From Hormiphora californensis (taxonomy: Eukaryota; Animalia; Ctenophora): a stretch of DNA of 64,000 nt. This document shows, one piece after another, positions 32,524 to 64,000 of this stretch. A program made the position numbers and the translations under genes. Within the stretch, counting starts at the first letter, position 1. Each line of letters begins with the position of its first letter. The DNA lies in contig CM035361.1 of NCBI GenBank assembly GCA_020137815.1, forward strand, positions 496,001 through 560,000, read 5' to 3'. Below the pieces are notes generated by a model, which saw only the letters and a list, made by a program, of their open reading frames with translations, had not been told where the DNA came from and ran no database searches.

Positions 32524-33423
32524 TAAATGTTTGGGAAAAGGAAATAAATCTTTTCTCAAAAACTTTTTTGGGGCCCCGGCAGCGCTGTAATGGTCAAGTG
32601 ACTTTTCCCCCACTTTAAAAATCATTCCACACCCCTGCCTTCTCTCTCTCTTCTTCCCCCACCTCTCCTCCCCCCCCGTTTCATCTAAAAAAACGTGCGA
32701 GTCGGGTCGGGCCTCATGCAGGGGGAAAACGCCGTACTGAATGAACTCCAGTACGCCGATACTACTGAAGGAAAACAGTTATTTTCAGTGAACAGCCGTA
32801 GACTCAAATCGAGTGTCATCGCTGTTTTTTATCTTACAAATCCTACAATCAAAAACCCAAAAATTACCAGCACCAAAAACAGGGGGGGCCCCCCCCCCCC
32901 TCTCTCTCTTCCCCTCCCATTCTTCTCTTCTCTCTTCTCTCTTTTTTCTCTATGCCCCTCTCCTCTCTCCCTCTCCTCTATTTTCCCCAGTATCTTCACT
33001 CTCTCGTTGAACATTTATCAATCACCTGTTTAAAATGGAAAACTCCAGTAAGTACTCGAGACTCGAGTACACCAGATCTCCCATTCTCAATTTGTAAGAG
33101 AGAAAATCGTCCCGCGCGCATGACATGATTCGAGGCAGTTAAAAATAGCCGTAGGGCGCGAAAATTTAGTTTTTTCCATAAGTAGCCGTCGAACTGGGTT
33201 TGTTTGACGGTGTTTTCCGCCCCGTTGTGAGTTGCGATTTTGGGGAAGATAGGAATTTAGTTATTTGGTTTTCCCCTGGTAAAATTGGGCCCAAAAATTT
33301 AAAAAATCAAAACCCCAAAAGACATATCATCATGGTTATAACAATCGTATACATAACAAGCAATACAAACTTCAGATATACAGTATGATTATACGCACAG
33401 CGCCTAAACAAATGTTTTTATCG

Positions 33424-34413
<990 letters not shown>

Positions 34414-34794
34414 CTCACAGAGCCTCCTAAACATGAAATGGGGTTGGACAAAAACTGTTCTCGACCTGTCTGGCGACCCCTAACTCAGTTACTAACTGAT
34501 CTTAGAGCACTGCCTAAACGGGTTCGACGCCGCCAGACAGTCCATCCCTATTCCCTAAAACAAGACATCCAAAAAGGAAGACATCCCCCTCAACAATTTA
34601 ACTCGGAAAAGAGGTGATGACAAACAATTTTAGAAAGAAAACAGTCAGTTTAGATACTGCTACCGCGGTAGCACTAGCAGCTGTAACAGCTGCCTTTGGG
34701 AAAACAAGGGGGAAGGTGCAAACATAGAGGCGGCATTTGGACACTGTTGGTAACTCTGGAGACTGTTGTGACAAGAATACCAGTCACACTGAGG

Positions 34795-34904
<110 letters not shown>

Positions 34905-35287
34905 GGGGATAGGGGCCGAGAATGTGCCTTACATGACCAGGGGGGGGGGGGGGGCAGGGGGCTTCTCTAACATGTATCGGTGCCATACTCATGACAATTT
35001 TACATTTTCAGTGTCTACAGCTGCCGTGATGTGAGCTGGTCAAGATATTACGTCAGCATCAACAGAAAAGGTGAAATAATTGTATAATTTTTAACGGTAC
35101 GAGGTTCAGTGCATTTCCCTACATTGTAGGGCATACACTGTATATCCAAACCAGTGAACCAGGCCATACTTTGTATAAACACACAGAACAGTTAACAAAT
35201 CTAAACTCGTTGTTTTTCAAATTGCAATCAAGTGTATCTACAAACACACATATCCAATTACTAATAGTACAGTGTCCAATATTAACT

Positions 35288-63877
<28,590 letters not shown>

Positions 63878-64000
63878 CTGGGGGGGGGGGGGTGGTTAGT
63901 TATTTAGGGGACCTCAGTGTACACATTGTTATAGGGGGAGAGTTGAGACACACTCAAATCAGTTATTAAGAGATATGGAAAGATATAGCATATGGCTCCT

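Overview
Intron-rich, microsatellite- and MITE-dense animal genomic DNA, probably from a ctenophore. The repeat at 8966-9075 translates to a 'KQPIRT..GHVTGYQPIRDQYFLIRSVP'-type motif that I recall from Pleurobrachia gene models; this is unverified. Most real genes are split into short exons and are largely missed by the ORF track. I reconstructed them by hand from GT-AG sites and reading-frame phase. (1) WDR20 (- strand, 1634-9536), with an antisense secreted sushi/CCP gene nested in one intron. (2) A divergent ~185-aa orphan type I membrane protein (11296-12355). (3) A nest of non-autonomous DNA transposons (12.9-18 kb). (4) A ~1.3-kb tandem array containing a GC-rich segment that folds preferentially on the - strand. 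(5) A ~1-kb palindrome plus inverted and direct duplications next to an N-gap, which is probably partly an assembly artefact. (6) A two-exon gene for a secreted 38-aa peptide with six cysteines and net charge +13, a candidate helical-hairpin antimicrobial peptide or toxin (33424-34413). (7) Immediately upstream on the same strand, a giant gene (35288 to >63877) with at least 19 tandem uromodulin/GP2/OIT3-type D8C domains followed by two Ig domains. It hosts an antisense Ly6-like GPI-type gene in one intron. The peptide, poly-D8C and Ly6-like cluster is the best candidate for an undescribed surface or mucus defence system.
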